Shown piece after piece: positions 15,412 through 30,400 of a DNA stretch of 49,817 bases. The DNA comes from Catajapyx aquilonaris (taxonomy: Eukaryota). The notes beneath the pieces were generated by a model. It had not been told where the DNA came from. It saw only the letters and a program-made list of their open reading frames with translations, and ran no database searches. The translations under genes were made by a program, and so were the position numbers. The first letter of the stretch is position 1. The number at the start of each line of letters is the position of its first letter. Location of the stretch: NCBI GenBank assembly GCA_000934665.2, contig KZ538167.1, forward strand, positions 62,001 through 111,817, in the 5' to 3' direction.

Positions 15412-18400
15412 CGTGGTTGGGACCATTGTGCTTCGCGACGTCGCTTTTGGTGGCTCCTCTAGTGGTGGCCTTTTGCAGGCGAAAGTCCACCAGACTCACT
15501 GCAGTCTTCGGAGGATTGGTCCTGGCCTTGGCCTGCCTCTTCACCTCATTCGCCCAGGAGCTGCACCAAATATTCCTCAGGTAATTATTGCACCATATAA
15601 TCTCAGTTAATTATTTGACATCAGGTAGCCTACAAGTGATCCCATTTAAAACTTGAAAAATTAACCCCAATATTTTAGGTCTGCACCACTTGGTTTGGAA
15701 TTCAACCTTTTTACTTTACTGGCGCACCATTTGCACCAAAAATATAATTTAACAGGTGTTACTTACTTTACTTGCTACATTCGTGCTTTCCCAAAACTGC
15801 CTGGCCGCCGTGCAAAATTGTGCAAATTAGAAAATAGGCACCGGCTCACTCATTCATTGCAAAGTATGCACATGTGCAATATTTATCAGCCTCCGTAGAA
15901 AATCGCATTTCGCAAACGGTTTTGCCGCCACCTCCGGATAAAAATCCTGGTTCTAAAGTAAGTGCAAAAAAAAAAGAACCTTGAGTAGAGGGCAAAGCAT
16001 CTGCCAGGTTTCCCAAGAAGCCCATCCGGAAAGTTTGGTAATGGCGTCATCTCTGAACCCGGAATGAACTTTGGGCCCGGTTTTAACTCCCCCGTATATA
16101 TCCACAACCCCGCCTCTTTCCTTTTCTCTCCCGGAAAGATACGTGCTCTTTGAGAGGGCGAGTTACATTCCGTGTGAAACATTAGATTCAGACAAGAAAG
16201 GCCTTCCAGTGACAAAGTGGTTTGAATATATTGGGAAAGGTGGATCTCGTTTTCTTTCTGCCGGTGTACCCCCCCTTGTATACACGGTTGAAAGAAAGGG
16301 CATGGTTGTCTCGCGCATTTGCTTCCCAAGAACCCCCCCCCCCCCCCGGATCCTCCGGAGGGAATTTCCAGTTCGCGAAATTCGATTCTGCATTTCCTGG
16401 TCTACCCCCTCGAATCAATTCGCGAGATACGCCTCCCCACAGTAAAGCGGCTGGAGTTCTTGATAACTCAATACAATCAAAGTTTGCAAATAGACCTCAT
16501 CAAAAAGTGCGGTACGTGAATGGAATTACAACGACCCTCGGTATGGCCGATTGTTTCGGAGGACTTAGGAGACCTTTGGGTATGAGCATCGCATGGTAAT
16601 GGTTCTGTTTAGCGTAATTTTTTAAAACGCTAGGTGATATTGCGACCTACTTTTGAGCAAAATGATCGTGTTTCGACCATAGATCTAAACTTATGCTAAA
16701 ACTACTTTTTTGGTAAATTAACCAAACGCACGTGCAGATTTTTGTATGGAAATTTTCTCCATTATATCACAATCATACGGTACCGGTATGTCACATATAA
16801 TGTGTCATTTTTTAAAGTGTTATTAATGTGTTATTTTAATCCAAATTTGCATTCAGTGCTTAAAAGTATGATTGAAAATTGAAATTTTGATCCAAATTTG
16901 CATCGATTAAAAAGTATGATTGAAATTTGAAATTATAACAATAAACGAATTAAATTTTAATGAACGCAACACAGAAGTACTGTAATTAACCATTGTGGGG
17001 TTCCTATCTGGTCCATATATGCTATAAATAACTAACAAAGTAAATCGAGTTTTTCTGCAGTGATGTAACAGAACCTTCTCAAATTGAGTTAGAGGTCTTC
17101 AAAATAATTAATAAAAAATTTTCCACACCAGAACAAACAAAAAAATAGGAAATTTAATATTGTTAAATCTTTAGCCCCCTTCTTCCTTCTCACTGCTTAA
17201 ATAAAAGTTTCAGAAGTTCCGTGTAATCAAACGGCAAGATTACCCCCGGCATCTATACCTTGGCCGCGTGCAAGAAAGTCGTTTATGACTCAATGCAAAG
17301 TAAGGCCCCCGCTCATATTTCAATTAGGTGGCATGAGCGGAGCCCATTCTGCTTTCTATTTTCTCAGCGCCCATTTAGACCCTTGAGTTATGGCTCTACC
17401 CCATGAGAGTCACCGCTCTCGCATTGATCTTATCAGAGAAGGAACCTTCCTTCCTTCTTTTTTCCCTTCCCCCCCCCCCCTTCCTTCTCTCAAAGTCTCG
17501 AATTCCATCAGGGAGCATTTTCCGCATCCTTTCCATCCAACCTACTGTTCCGGGTTCAGAATTTTCGGTAACCAACAAGGATTACTGATGCAGACAGTAC
17601 ATGGTAGGCTCTCAATTTGTTTTTGATCCCTATTTTCACCGAACCTATCCTTCGTTGTATGTATAAGCATTCTGATTGGTCAGCCGCATATTGTTGTTAC
17701 CGCGACGCTCGCTATTGGCCCACGTCCTACGCATGCGCAATGGGTGTAGGCAGCGCCTCTGGTGGATGGGAGGAAAAACTCTCCATTCGTTAGCTGTCAG
17801 CTACTTCGCTCTCTGCCCACTCCCAGACACCATTGGCACAACTGTCACATTGTTGACAGTCAGTAAACAGTTCCTTCTTGGAATATCAGCTTGTTCGAAG
17901 GCCAAAGCGATTAACAATATGGCCTCCACCACCGCAACCCGCAGGCCTAGAAAAAAAGCACGATTTTCTTCTAGTAATTATTTAAATACGCTTCTCTTTA
18001 AAACATGTGGATGGAATTAGCTTTTCTGTGCCTGCTCAAATTACCGGGGTTTAATTTCAGGGTAAGTCCCTGCAGAGTCACCAATTACTTGTGCGAGTGA
18101 CCCGTGCGAGCCCGCGCGTCCCCGTCCGGCCGTTACGCGCCACCTTTGGGGAAGTCCCGGATGAGCCGTTAACAAAGCCCAAGATGTCCTATACCTGTCC
18201 CCGCAAATTTTAACCTCCTTTATTTTCCTTCTAGCAGGCGGACGACGCTGTCCAACAGTCGACCCCCAAAAGACTTGCCAACCCAACTGACTTTACCCGC
18301 CTTCCCCTAAATGATTACCCTATTAAGGGTAATTAATGGGTAGTAATTTCGAGGCTTGTCGTAAAACATTTCAGCAACTTGGGTTGGCTTGTGAAGGAGT

Positions 18401-21400
18401 GAAAGCGCCTTCTTTTTTTTCTCCTATAGTTAAAAACTCGGAGCTGGCTAAAACGCTTTTCAAGCGTAGAAAAATGAGAAAAAGAGCATCTGCTCCATCA
18501 AAACTGGAAGAAAAAAAAAGTTTCCTTCTTTCCGGAATGAATTGTGAGAAATCTTTTCCGGAGGCTGTGTCTCCAAGATGGGGTAATTTATTCTGTAGCG
18601 TCGACCACAAATCACATTCGCATTTCTTACAGTTTGTTGATTTAACGTCTTGTTGCGTAAAAATATTAATATGCCAAAAATATGAAACTTATGTATTGTT
18701 CGGATTTACGCCATATGTTTTATGCCAGGAATGTGATTAAAAAATGCGGGTAGTTTTTAGACGAAGCGATTTTTTTTAAATGCATTTTTATAGTGTTTCG
18801 CACCGTGGTAGGACGATGCAGCATCCAATACAGTGTGCCAACATTCTGCGGGAGCCGTAACCCTTCAGTTTGAAAAAGCGATATACGTCACGACAGTTAA
18901 CACGTGTGGTGGGCAGAGTGTGTGGTGCTATTGAGTGCACTAACAGCCTCGCATAACAATTGCAACGCTTTATTTATAGAGGAAGGCATTTGCGCTGCAC
19001 TGTTTTTCCACTCCCCGGAATCAGTGTTGCCAATGCCTTTAAAACAAGAGTGGAGCACTTTTTTTTTAGGAATCAATTTTTTTAAGCTGTGTGTAATCCA
19101 CCCATTTTTCAGTTACGGGTTGCTCCTGGGTGCGGGTGCGGGTATGGTTCGACAGACGTCATCCTTGATGGTAGGCCAGTACTTCAGGAGACGTCGTGAG
19201 TTTGTGGAGATCGTGGTCCAGACAGGCGTGGGCGTCGGGGTCACGCTGTTCTCCGTCTTCCATCAGGGCGCCATCAGGTGAGCATCCAATTAGGTATATA
19301 TACTGTACTACACACCACTCCTGCTCCTTACGCCACTTGAAATCCCTCAAGGCCCATTACTCCCAAAGTGCTTTTACGCTGATCCACTTAGAGCACGGGA
19401 AAAGCTGGGTTGCGGGAAGAGTGTCTCACCACATACGCCTCTGTTACCAGAAAGTTAGGGACAAAGACGAATTCAGGTTAAATGCCCTTCTTAGTGGATG
19501 ATGCCAGTAATTGCTCGGTTGTGTACAGAGTGCACTTCACTTGGGTAGTGTATGACCCTATAGGCTAACTTCTCAAAATATTGCGACCTCTGTGGTTAAG
19601 CCATACACAGTAGGGTTACAACAGAGTAATTCTTATGGACCGCACTGTACCCACCATTCTGATTGGTGGAGCTGCAGTCCCCCCCACCAACTGCTCCACC
19701 AATCAGAATGGTGGGTACAGTGCGGTCCATAAGAAATCATATTTTAAAATCCTACTGTATATGGCTTAACCACAGAAGTCGCAATATTTAGGACATGCAT
19801 ATCTACCAATCAGATCGTTTAGGGTGTCTGATGGAGGGGCAGAAGTATCCGCCTACTTGTTGAGAAGTTATGGTGTGGGTACTGTAGTTTGCTCCAAAAT
19901 TGAGTTTCAGCTCCTGTATTCCAGATTAGCGTAAACTCCATCCGCCTTCATCAAGAACTGCTTGCTTTTGCTGGATGGATGAGATTAAAACTCCTTCGCA
20001 TGTGTTGTAAATTGCCTGCCATTTAAGAGCCTCGGCGCTTGCTGCCTTTCCCAGCATAAGGTTTTCTTAGCCTTTTGTGCTGGAGGGCTCAGCAGCCATT
20101 ATCCTGGAACCTACCGCATCCTTCAGGAACTAAGGGACCTGGAAAATCGTCCCCTTTTCTTATCGAGTTTCCTGTCCGGTTTTAGCCAAATTATGTGTGT
20201 CACAGAACAATGCCTGTCGTCGGTGCAGTGTCGCGTCACGTCTTAGACACACCTAGAAGAGAGGACTAGACATGAATTATGGTGAAACTGTTGGGATGGA
20301 ATTCGGGTTGCATTGTCTGAATTACTTCATATATGAATAATATAATTATAGTTAATAAAGTGCCAAAATATTGCATTTTACAAGCACTTTTATTGAACCA
20401 TGCAATTAAATGCCATTTCAGTAATTATTTATTGTTAAAGTCTGATTATGCAGGCAGAACTGAAGGTAATGAGATTCTGCCAATTTGCCATTTAATAAGC
20501 GCCAAATTAGCAAACTTTAAGAGGAAAAAATAACTTCCAACCAAGTTGGGAACTTTGGTCAGATAATTTTGCGACCGTGTTTACAATGCATAAATTGGTT
20601 GGTTGCTTGAACTATTCTGAATATTAAGCTTGTTTTATTTGAAAGATATTTTGTTGCTATTTGATGCGACTAGAACGTAGTAGACTAAAATTATTCGACA
20701 TTTTGGAATTACCGTATTTGACGGCACTTCGCCCCCCCCCCCCAAATTGCTCATAAAATACCATGCTTTGAGTATGTGCAAATGCAATGAAAGTTTTTTC
20801 CCTCGCTGAATATGATCTACTGAAATGGGGACGCGTCTTAGATAATTATGCCCGTGCGTCTGATTATACCATCAAAAATTATTTAGCTCAAAATTTTCAC
20901 GTAAATATTATTTAACACTTGATCACTTTTCTTTCACTGTAAGTGACTCAAATTGAATGAAATCCGATCAAATTGCTCAAATTGAACAAACACTTTCTGA
21001 AATGAGATATGAAATTTTTTTCCCATTTAGTTTGCCATCCGATGGCTCCCCCTCCCCGCAAAACGAACTTTTAGAGCCAAAGTTGTGAACCAAGCCGTAT
21101 ATATACGACAGGAAAGCTATAAATTCACGTGGTCCGACTTTTAGTGTTATTTTGATGCCTTGACCCGGAAAGGCGGAGGTGTCCGGATAATGGTGTGAAG
21201 CAGCCAGCCACCCCTTGTAATTGCCTGAAGAAAATCAGCATCAAACCCAGAGGCGCTGTTGGTGGTTCGACACATTTCCAATTAAACTCGGCTTTTGGCA
21301 AAGAGAGAGATCCTCTGGATCCCGGAATTGGGGGAAAGCCTGGGATAGAGTTGGAGGAGTTGCCACCAGGCGATGGGAAAAGACTTGTTGCTGCCAATTG

Positions 21401-24400
21401 ATGGCCCTTCTAGCTTCTTCCTTTTTTTTCTTTCTCTCGTCTACTGAGAGGATGCTGTGGAAGAGGGGCAATAGTCACGCCTTCTTTTTCTTTGGAGGCT
21501 TCTTTTTCCTTCCCACTTTGTGATTCGAATACGTGCACTGCCTAATGCATGAAAAGTCTACTGTCAATGTTCCCAACCGAGGTGATCTCCAGGGAAATTT
21601 CCTTGGGGCTCACCCCCTCGGATAATATTACACGATGGGAACTGTCTGCCAGAATGCAAATTTTGGAGGAACCGGGCCTCGAGACTGTGTCCCAGCTTCT
21701 ATTTTTTTCACTTGAACCTCACCAGATCACGCCTCATGCCTTTTACAGCACCATATTGTTTGCATAGGACCAGTTTTTACGATTCGGTTGTAACCCCCCC
21801 CCCCCCCCCNNNNNNNNNNNNNNNNNNNNNNNNNNNNNNNNNNNNNAGGTTTGGGGGGGGGGGGGGGGTCCATACATGATTAAATCTTGATGCTGCGAGC
21901 TTTCCTAAAAAAGCGGGCCTAATATTACTGGGAGGCTGGAAATTGGCTCATATTTTAAGCCCTGCCACATTACTTTAACTGGGGCGGGTCGGACATGACG
22001 GATGTTGCTGGGAGACCCACCGGTTTTTGTGTCGTCGCAGCGTAATATGCGTCGCATGATAATATATTCACTCCAGGGTTTTTTTTTCTCTCTCTCGCTC
22101 TCTCCCTCCGTCGGTTATTCCACGGGTATATGTAAAGCCGCATGATCCGCTGATTGAATTCCTTTCATAGCTTAGTCCTGGTCTCAGAAGGAAGCCTTCG
22201 CTTTACTCAGAAGCGGGGCCTAGAATATTTTTTTGGAGGGAACATATCCGGATCTGTGACTTTACTAGATGTTTACACTGAAGGAAAGGGAAACTCATTT
22301 CACTTGCACCGCTGATCCGTGTCTTTTGATGCCTGGCTTGGCTTTTAAAGCAAGCACCTCTCTCTCTCGAATTACAAAAGTTCAAGTTCACGGTTGGTCG
22401 AAAGGGAGCTTCCCTGAACAATACGGGTTTAATTTGTAAAGGTGAAAGTGAGACTTCAGAGGACCAATTAGAAGCTCCCCTCCGATGTAATTAGAACCTC
22501 CTTGCATTGAAATTTAATCTTCGACGGGATCGGTGGTGAAGCGAAGAGCTTCAGAAATGATGATTCAAAATCTGTTTTCGAAGGAGGGGAGTTATTAATG
22601 AGGCATATTGTTGGAGGCCTAATCAGTTCAATATTTTTTTTCTTCTTTTGATAGGAAGCTGGGTTGGCGGCTGGGACTGCAGGCGGTCACCGGCGTTCTG
22701 TGTCTCCCGGCTTTCCTGGGCGCTCTTTACCGCAGCGCGTCGCTGTATCATCCTCAGAGGGCGGCCATCTTGCATCTGAAGCAACAGAAGCGCAGGGTGA
22801 GGGACAGGCGGCATCCAGACGACAAACCGCCTTACTTCGACCTGGCTCCTCTTCGGAACAAAGCTCTTCAAGTCCTGGTGCTGGTCACTGCCGTCGCTTC
22901 ATTCGGCCTCTACACGCCACTCTTTCTATTGGTCAGTTAACTAAAAGTGTACACCTGACCACACATACAGTATAAAAAAAGGTCTAAACTTTTGACCCTC
23001 CGTTACGTGGAAGCCCAGAATTAAAGTGGACTAAGGCCGTTCTGGCTCAAGGAATCCAATTAGGGTTTGTACGTGGGCCAAAACTTCTTTACTGGGAGGG
23101 TCATCTGCAGATCGTGACATACTACCAGAAAAGTTAAGGGACAACCTTTCTGCTGGATTGCTTTTTTTGTGTGTGTGATATACGCAACAATTGTTGCACG
23201 TCTTTTTTTTTCAAATCCAATTTTCTTTTGATGTTTTCCTCCTACTGATCAGATGGTGCAGGGTTTCCAAGAGGGCCTTGAAGACAGCTCACTGGTACTC
23301 CTGCAGACCTTCTTGGGTTTCGCCACTGCCTTAGGCTGTGCCGGATTCGGCCTGGTTGTGGTGAAGCCTTCTCCTCAGTGCCTCATTGCTCGACAGTATC
23401 TCTGCCAGGCAGCCCTCGCAGGAATTGGTATGATCCATTTTTGCATGCCTCACATTATTGCTTTTTATTACTGTTTGTTCACCTCCCAAAATATTCGTTG
23501 TATTCTGTCAACACTAGAATTTTTTAATCCACTGAAGTTGGGTTATTATGTTGATGAGTATTGAAAAAATATACACTATATATTTTGAAGCCATACAATT
23601 GACATCGCCTGTAAAATATGCAACCCAACGAGCAAGAGAGGCAGCTCGGTGCCATAACATAATAGGATAAAACTTGGCCGCTATTCATTAAGCCTGTGCT
23701 CGCAGAAACTTTATCGCCGCTAATGCGACCGACTTTTTATCCCCAAGTCCAAGAGCTACTTGGGCCATTTAGTGCGTGTATAGTTGATGACATGCATAAT
23801 TCATATATTTCCAGGCGTTCCGCTATTTTTTTTTTTTAATGTTGAGGTCTTTTCCAAGACGCACGATGTCCTCTGGAGCTAGAACCTTATATGACTCAAC
23901 ACCGTAACTTGATTAATGTCAGGTACATTAATTGGATTATTTTCCTTCAAGGAAAAGGTAAGGGTTTTGCTGAGTTTCGCTCTTGAAGCGATATTCTACT
24001 TTGGTGCCAGGGTAATGTCGTTATTATAATTGGTCTCCGGAGAAGACTTGGGAGCAAAAATAGCTGATCGAGTAACTTTCTAATGACGGATTCTATTCGG
24101 AGACACGTCAGTTGGGCCAAAATTTGCGAGGTTCACACCATCCAGAAGGTCCGATGTGACCCTCTTTTTTTTCGACCTCCATTTTTAGCTCGAAATTATT
24201 CTTGGAAAACGGGAATAATTGTCGCCAGCTTGCAGCAGAGAGAGAGCAATTGAATTAGAACCGGGCTTAGTGGGGACAAGAACTAGAAGGGGGGGTAAAA
24301 ATGAAGCGAGAAGCGGACTGAAAAATCAGGAAATTAAATTTGCACACTGAATATTATCGACACCTTTAAAACTCGAGTTGTGTTAGGAAGTTCGCTCTGC

Positions 24401-27400
24401 TTCATTTACAGAATGGATTTCTGCGTGAGAGTTCCCCCCCCAGAGATATATTTTATTCATGATGAAATTTGGGGATGGAAAAAAAATATTTGCGCTGTGA
24501 ATATAATTGCAGATGAGTCGGAGTCTGTAACCGTCCCATTTTCTTAAGCGGTTGATAAAATATAAAAGTTTTTTTTTTAACTGCCTGTTAGCAAAATTTC
24601 ATCAGATGAAAGTGCTCTTCGGAATTGAAATTCTTGCTCCAGACAAGTTTGAGAAGGCAATAACTTCCCATCGCATGCGAATCAGGGGCGACTTAATGTT
24701 AGGAAAATTCCGGGGCGCCGGAAGTTATGGTGGTGAGGCACAAAAGCAAACTCCCAAGTAATTTCAGTCCTATGAGTTGGCCAAGTTGGATTCCTCTTCC
24801 AGACCCAAGCTGCGGGGTTTATATACATCGAAGCAACGGATTTTGGCTTCATCATTGATCATTCTGTGGGCGAACAATATCAAACTTCATTGAATCTAGG
24901 GCCATCTCTGTATACATCTGGCTGTGTTTATAGCCGACAACACTGCAGCACCTGCTGTCATGAAGTATAATCCATCTGCACTGATCTTTTTTACTGGCTC
25001 CGGATTTAGCTTGATGGCCTGTAAATAAAGAGCACAAAGAATCTAGGGGGTGATTAGCAGTAACGTTGGGTGCAAACACCTTATACTTGTTAGTGTCATC
25101 ATCTCTAGTTTTATTGGGCCCGTTTTTGTGTTGCAACACGTTATACGAGACAATAATTCCCATTCCGGCTCCCAAGCTTTTATAATGCGCCAGGGCGAAA
25201 TGCAAGAACACGTTCGCTGATGAAATGTAGCGAGCATAAAATATATTATAACAGCGAACGGCTCGTTTTCTGCATTTCTTGGGAGATGAAGTGATACTCG
25301 GCGTCAGCCATTTATTACATGCCATTATATGCGCGGTCCTACGTCTACTGGGAAGGGGGGGGGGGGGGGGAAGCTTATGTTTCCGACGACAACGGGACAA
25401 AAAAGGGAACATGACAAAAGTCCCCAAAGCGCCATCCATATTTTGGAAAGGGTCCTATCTGAAACTTGCATTTCCCTTGCGGTAGAAAAAAAAACTGTTA
25501 TCTCACTTTTTTAAAGGACCAACCAGCCATCAGAATTGGAGTGATTTTTTAAGAATTCGTGTTACTTTTACAGGTTGCTTTCAGGATATTTTCAGACTGA
25601 AAGTGCATCGGGATTGTTAATTGGATGAAGGGATTGGAAACGAGTTAGTTAACCCCCTGAGGGTATGGTAATTAGGCACAACAGATTAACAGAATTTGGG
25701 TGTTCTGCCAAGGTGTGTTGCACTGGTGCGAATCATAATTATCTGTAGGCCTACAAGAATCTCCCCTGATGAATTAGATATTTCCGCACACTCAAGGATG
25801 AAAAGTGATGTTTTTTTCCGGTTAATTTATTCCGGACAAAACCACATGGCATAACTCATATCGATGCAATACAGAAAGTTTGTGGCCAGTTTTGGGCTTA
25901 TATAGGTCTGTATCTCATTCGAGCCCATCGAGCTTCCTAAATTCCGCCTTTATCCATACCTGCAGTTTATGGCATTCCATTATAATTAGGAAGGGGAGGG
26001 GCCAAACTTTTCAAACTATTCGCCAAATGCACAGGCGTTTATTTTGAATTCCTGGCCCGCAAAATATCCTCAAAGTTTCAAAAGGCAATAAGGGTTGAAC
26101 ACTAACTATTTTTTTTTTGCGTTTATAGGTTGTGATCAAGTATCCGCTCGATATGATGCCATTTTTTTAACTTAAACGATAAAGTGAAAATCGAGTTAGC
26201 AAACCTGCTCAAAAATATAGTTTAAAAAAGTGGTTTATCTACCCGGTTTTTTCGGCTCCAGAAAAATGCGAGTATGAAAGTTATGACTCATACATCTATA
26301 CGGGTCATACGTGGTTCTGCAGCGAAATACCCTTACTTGACGGTGAGATTGGAGTTTTACGAGAGCTTTGGGTATATACTATGGTTTGAGGGGAGAGAGA
26401 GAAGAAAAAAAAGTCGAAAAATTGCGCCGCGTGTTCCGGCACAGGGTGGTGAAAGTATCGAATATTTGTCAAAGCAAGTCGCAAAGTGTATCGTTATATT
26501 CGCGAATAAAGCTTGCGTGACAATGCAGCAAGATGTAGTTGATCTAACAGAGAACAAACAGTTTATTTTTCAAGATCACATAATCATCATGACATGTGCC
26601 AATTAAAAAAATGAAGTTGGCAAAAAATATGATGAAAATGTGGCACACATCTACAGACAATTTAGTAAATTTCACCCTGCATGCCGGCGCGTCAAGAGCT
26701 GCAATTTTCACTGTACGGAAATGTAAACTTGCACTGTAGCAATTAGCACCGTAGGCGTTAATAATACATCTGTTTGAATGAATTAAGCCTGATAACAATG
26801 CGTAATTTGCCTGCTGCATTAAATGGGCGTGAAATTACGTGATAAAATTTGAGGTTACAGTTAGGGACAAGCTCCGTTTGACATATGCAAGTTGGTGTAA
26901 AGCACAAGTAACTTTTCGCTTACAGTAATCACTCATCTCGGAGAGTACTCGCACTCATTCTGTATATATTGTACTGTACGTCCGGATAGAAACACATTTT
27001 AGCTTATAATTCAGTTAACGCCTCTGGCAATATAAATAATTGCACTCCGCCTAATTAATGTTTGTCACTCAGGTTTCGAGAGTAAGCTTGTATAAGGCTC
27101 CAGAGACATTTCAGCTCATTACTAAAATTGCGACAGGAATTAATATTTTCTGCTAAATTCGTCTCGCGTGGAATATTGCACTCCCCGATTATTATTCATG
27201 TAGAGGAGAAAGAGAGGACCAATGCAAAACATTAATGAGAAGTCTACAGCCATTCCCTGCAGGAGTTACGCCTCTTTCCGGCTCCGAGATGACACTGATT
27301 GCAACAGCAACTGATTATTTAATTTGCAAATTGCAGGCTCCGGATGAAAAGTACTGCCAACTTTTGAAAGAAAAAAAGAAGCCTCCTAAGCGATGGAGCA

Positions 27401-30400
27401 TTTTAGGCCTGCTTTGGAACACATCCAACACCTGAACAAAAAGAAATTGACCAACCCTGATCACTCACATTGATTCGCGAATTTTTTTTGGCCAGCATTG
27501 GAACCAATCAATTGCCTGGCTCTCCAGCAATTGAAAGCTGCTACTTAGATAATATCATCCCTAATTGAATAAATATTTGGGCTGCATCATGCAAGGTTGA
27601 CCCAAGTCACTTTTCATCCTTGCACGATGCAACCCAAAGGTACTATTCCACTTCGGTGGAAGATAATCTTTATTTAATAGTCAATTATTGGGTGAATCAG
27701 TGAATGATGTGTAAAGCAACTAATGATGCGACTTTTCCATGTTCTCAAATTAGCCTATATATTTTTCTTCCAGGGCTGTCCATTCTGGCGTTGTCCACCG
27801 TGAAAGGCTACCACGGCTACGTGCTGTTTGTGTGGCTTTATGGACTCTTCCTGGGCGGATATCTCTACGCCTTCAAGATGCTGACCTACGAGCAAGTTCG
27901 AGTCAGACACTTCGCTCGAGCATGGAGCTTCGTCGAGGCTTCTTCTTCCGTGCCCTTACTCTTAGGAGTTCCTATCGCAGGTGGGTCCCCCCCCCCCCTT
28001 TTTTTTTGACTATATATTTAATATTTTTTTAAAGTCGATAATTCCATTTAGGTACATAGTGGTACACATTGGAAGAGTTTTTAAGGCTGAATGTACTCTT
28101 AATATCGATGGAGCGCTCAGGAAAAAGGCGAGGGAAGGAGGGGGGGGGGGGCAGACACTTCCTGAATTTCATGAATGCGAGATATCCAAAATCGATTTTA
28201 ATTTTAGCATTTAACCTACTTAAAGCCCCGGCGGCTTCATGTCAAGAATACGAGTAATATGCTCTCTTACAGGTGGGCATGTAATAGCCCAAAGCTATTT
28301 TTGCAACGGAAAAAAAACTGAATGGCCTCTTACAGTCGAGTAGAAATGCTACAGTGTACTTTTTTATTCTGGTATAATTTTAACCTCAATTAAGTATTAA
28401 TCGTCTGAGCTCTGATCGTTATAATCTCTAACGTATTAAAAATTTATATGAAACAGTGGGTCAAATTTTAGTCCCGCTGCTATAGTTACTGGTAAGTTAG
28501 CAACATTGCCACTTCTAAGTTAGCAGTAACTAGAAGTGAGACACTAATTCCACCCTCTGTTGTTTTTCAAAGTAAAGCTCTGAAAATTTACAATTGATAT
28601 GCAAAAGCTCAAATTATTGTCAATTTTTCAAATATTGTGCAACAGAATTGGTTGAAATTAATTTCTTGCCTTATTTTCATGTTCAAATTTTTCGCTTTCT
28701 TAATTCCCAGACATATCTTTTTTTCGCTTTTGGAAACTACTATAAACAGAGGTCTATATATACGAGGCGCCACTGGTCTGAGACCAGCTTCGTTCGTAAA
28801 ATTGATTGGTTGGCTTTTCCCGTTTTGCGCAACAATTAATGAGCCCATAAATCTCGATTCGGACTGAAGAGTTTTTACCCCTCGAAAAAAAAGAAACCCC
28901 ACTCGGAGGTGAAATCCTCTCAGTGTTTCGCAAGTTCCGCTTGAATTGAGTCGAAAGCCCAAAGGCGAGCATCTCCATTTTCCACCAAGTCTATCTGTTT
29001 TTAAGCGCTCTGGGAGAAAAAAAAAAACGGTCCCCCCCCNCCCCTTCCAACCCCCCTGCGCATCACTGGTAACGACCATTCGCGCCCACCCAGCGCATCA
29101 TTTCAATCAATTTTTACCCTCCCTATCCCACATTTCCCCTGCCCCCACCACCACCACTTATTCTGACAAAGTGCTTCAAATTTGCGGGAGAAAAGCTCTT
29201 CCTGGCCCAAAGGGAAGTATTCCCTCCCGGAATCATCCGGTATAGATCCCACTCACACTACTGAAATCCCAGGTTTTCCCTTCGTCCGGTTATGGGTTTA
29301 TCATAATCCGTCAATCTGGGTACCGTATAACATTTCGACCAAATTCTGAGATTAGAATGGGAGTGATATTTGAATGGACTAATCAGCATCAGTTGCAAAA
29401 TTTAAACATATTATGTCTCAAATGGTGAAAACTAAATTTTTAAATACTGCATTATGGTACTGTACTGGTATATTAGTACTGTGATTTGCCATCTTGGTAC
29501 TGTGTCTTGCCATCTTGGTACTGTGTCTTGCCATTTTATTGGTAGGCCACTGTCTTGCCATTTTTTGGTAGGCTACGGTCTTGCCACCCCCGCCTTTGCC
29601 ATGCTACACACAAGGCCAGGTCACTTCTCTAGAAATGCCCAGCCGAATGCTTCAAAGTGGAATATGTCACGGGGGCGAATATGCCGGGGGCTAAAAGTCC
29701 GGAGGCGAAACGTCTAGGGCGAAATAGTCACGGGGGCGAATACGCCGAGGGTGAAATTGTCACGGGGGCCAATATGCCGGGGGCTAAAAGTCCGGGGGCG
29801 AAACGGCGGGGGCGAAAAGTCCAGATCCCTTTTGGTATTGTTCTTGCCATCTTGGTTACTGTATGACTATAATGCGCCTGGGTGCAGTTGCAGCTGGGGG
29901 CTTGGGAATGAAAACGAGCCCAGATCTAAGTGGCAGTGAGGGCGGATAATCATTGCCGAAGTTCTCATTAATTAGGCGAATTTCTAGCCGAGGCTTTTGT
30001 GTAAGTGCGTTGCCCGAAAGGATCATCCCGCGCAATTCGGTGCGGAAATTACTTGCAGGATTACCCCGAGCCCTGGCTCATCCTTCATTCTGTCACGCAG
30101 TGTTGAACCTTCCATCGCTTTTTCCATGGGTTTCGCGTCTCACCCAAGCCACCCCCCCTAAGGTAACGTACATGTAAAACCTTTCAACCTCGGGACAGTC
30201 CCAAGCAAAAACATTGTCCTGTCCTCTATTCCATGCATTTTAATCACGCCAATTAGAGCAGGCGCGACCGGTCCTCAGGGCAATTAGTCACAATCGTGAC
30301 AATGCTTTATTTCTGGCAGATTTCTGAGACCCTTGTGGGATCCAACACAATCAACATTCATGGATGTTGCAGGCCCTCCAGCATCTCTGGATCCTCTTCC

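Noticed and set aside
24852..25439. 195-aa minus-strand ORF in an MCT intron
   Set aside because: It spans a G homopolymer and has no recognisable domain; at most decayed transposon sequence.
29664..29830. CRISPR-like repeat array
   Set aside because: Eukaryotic context, no unique spacers, no cas genes; it is a simple tandem repeat.
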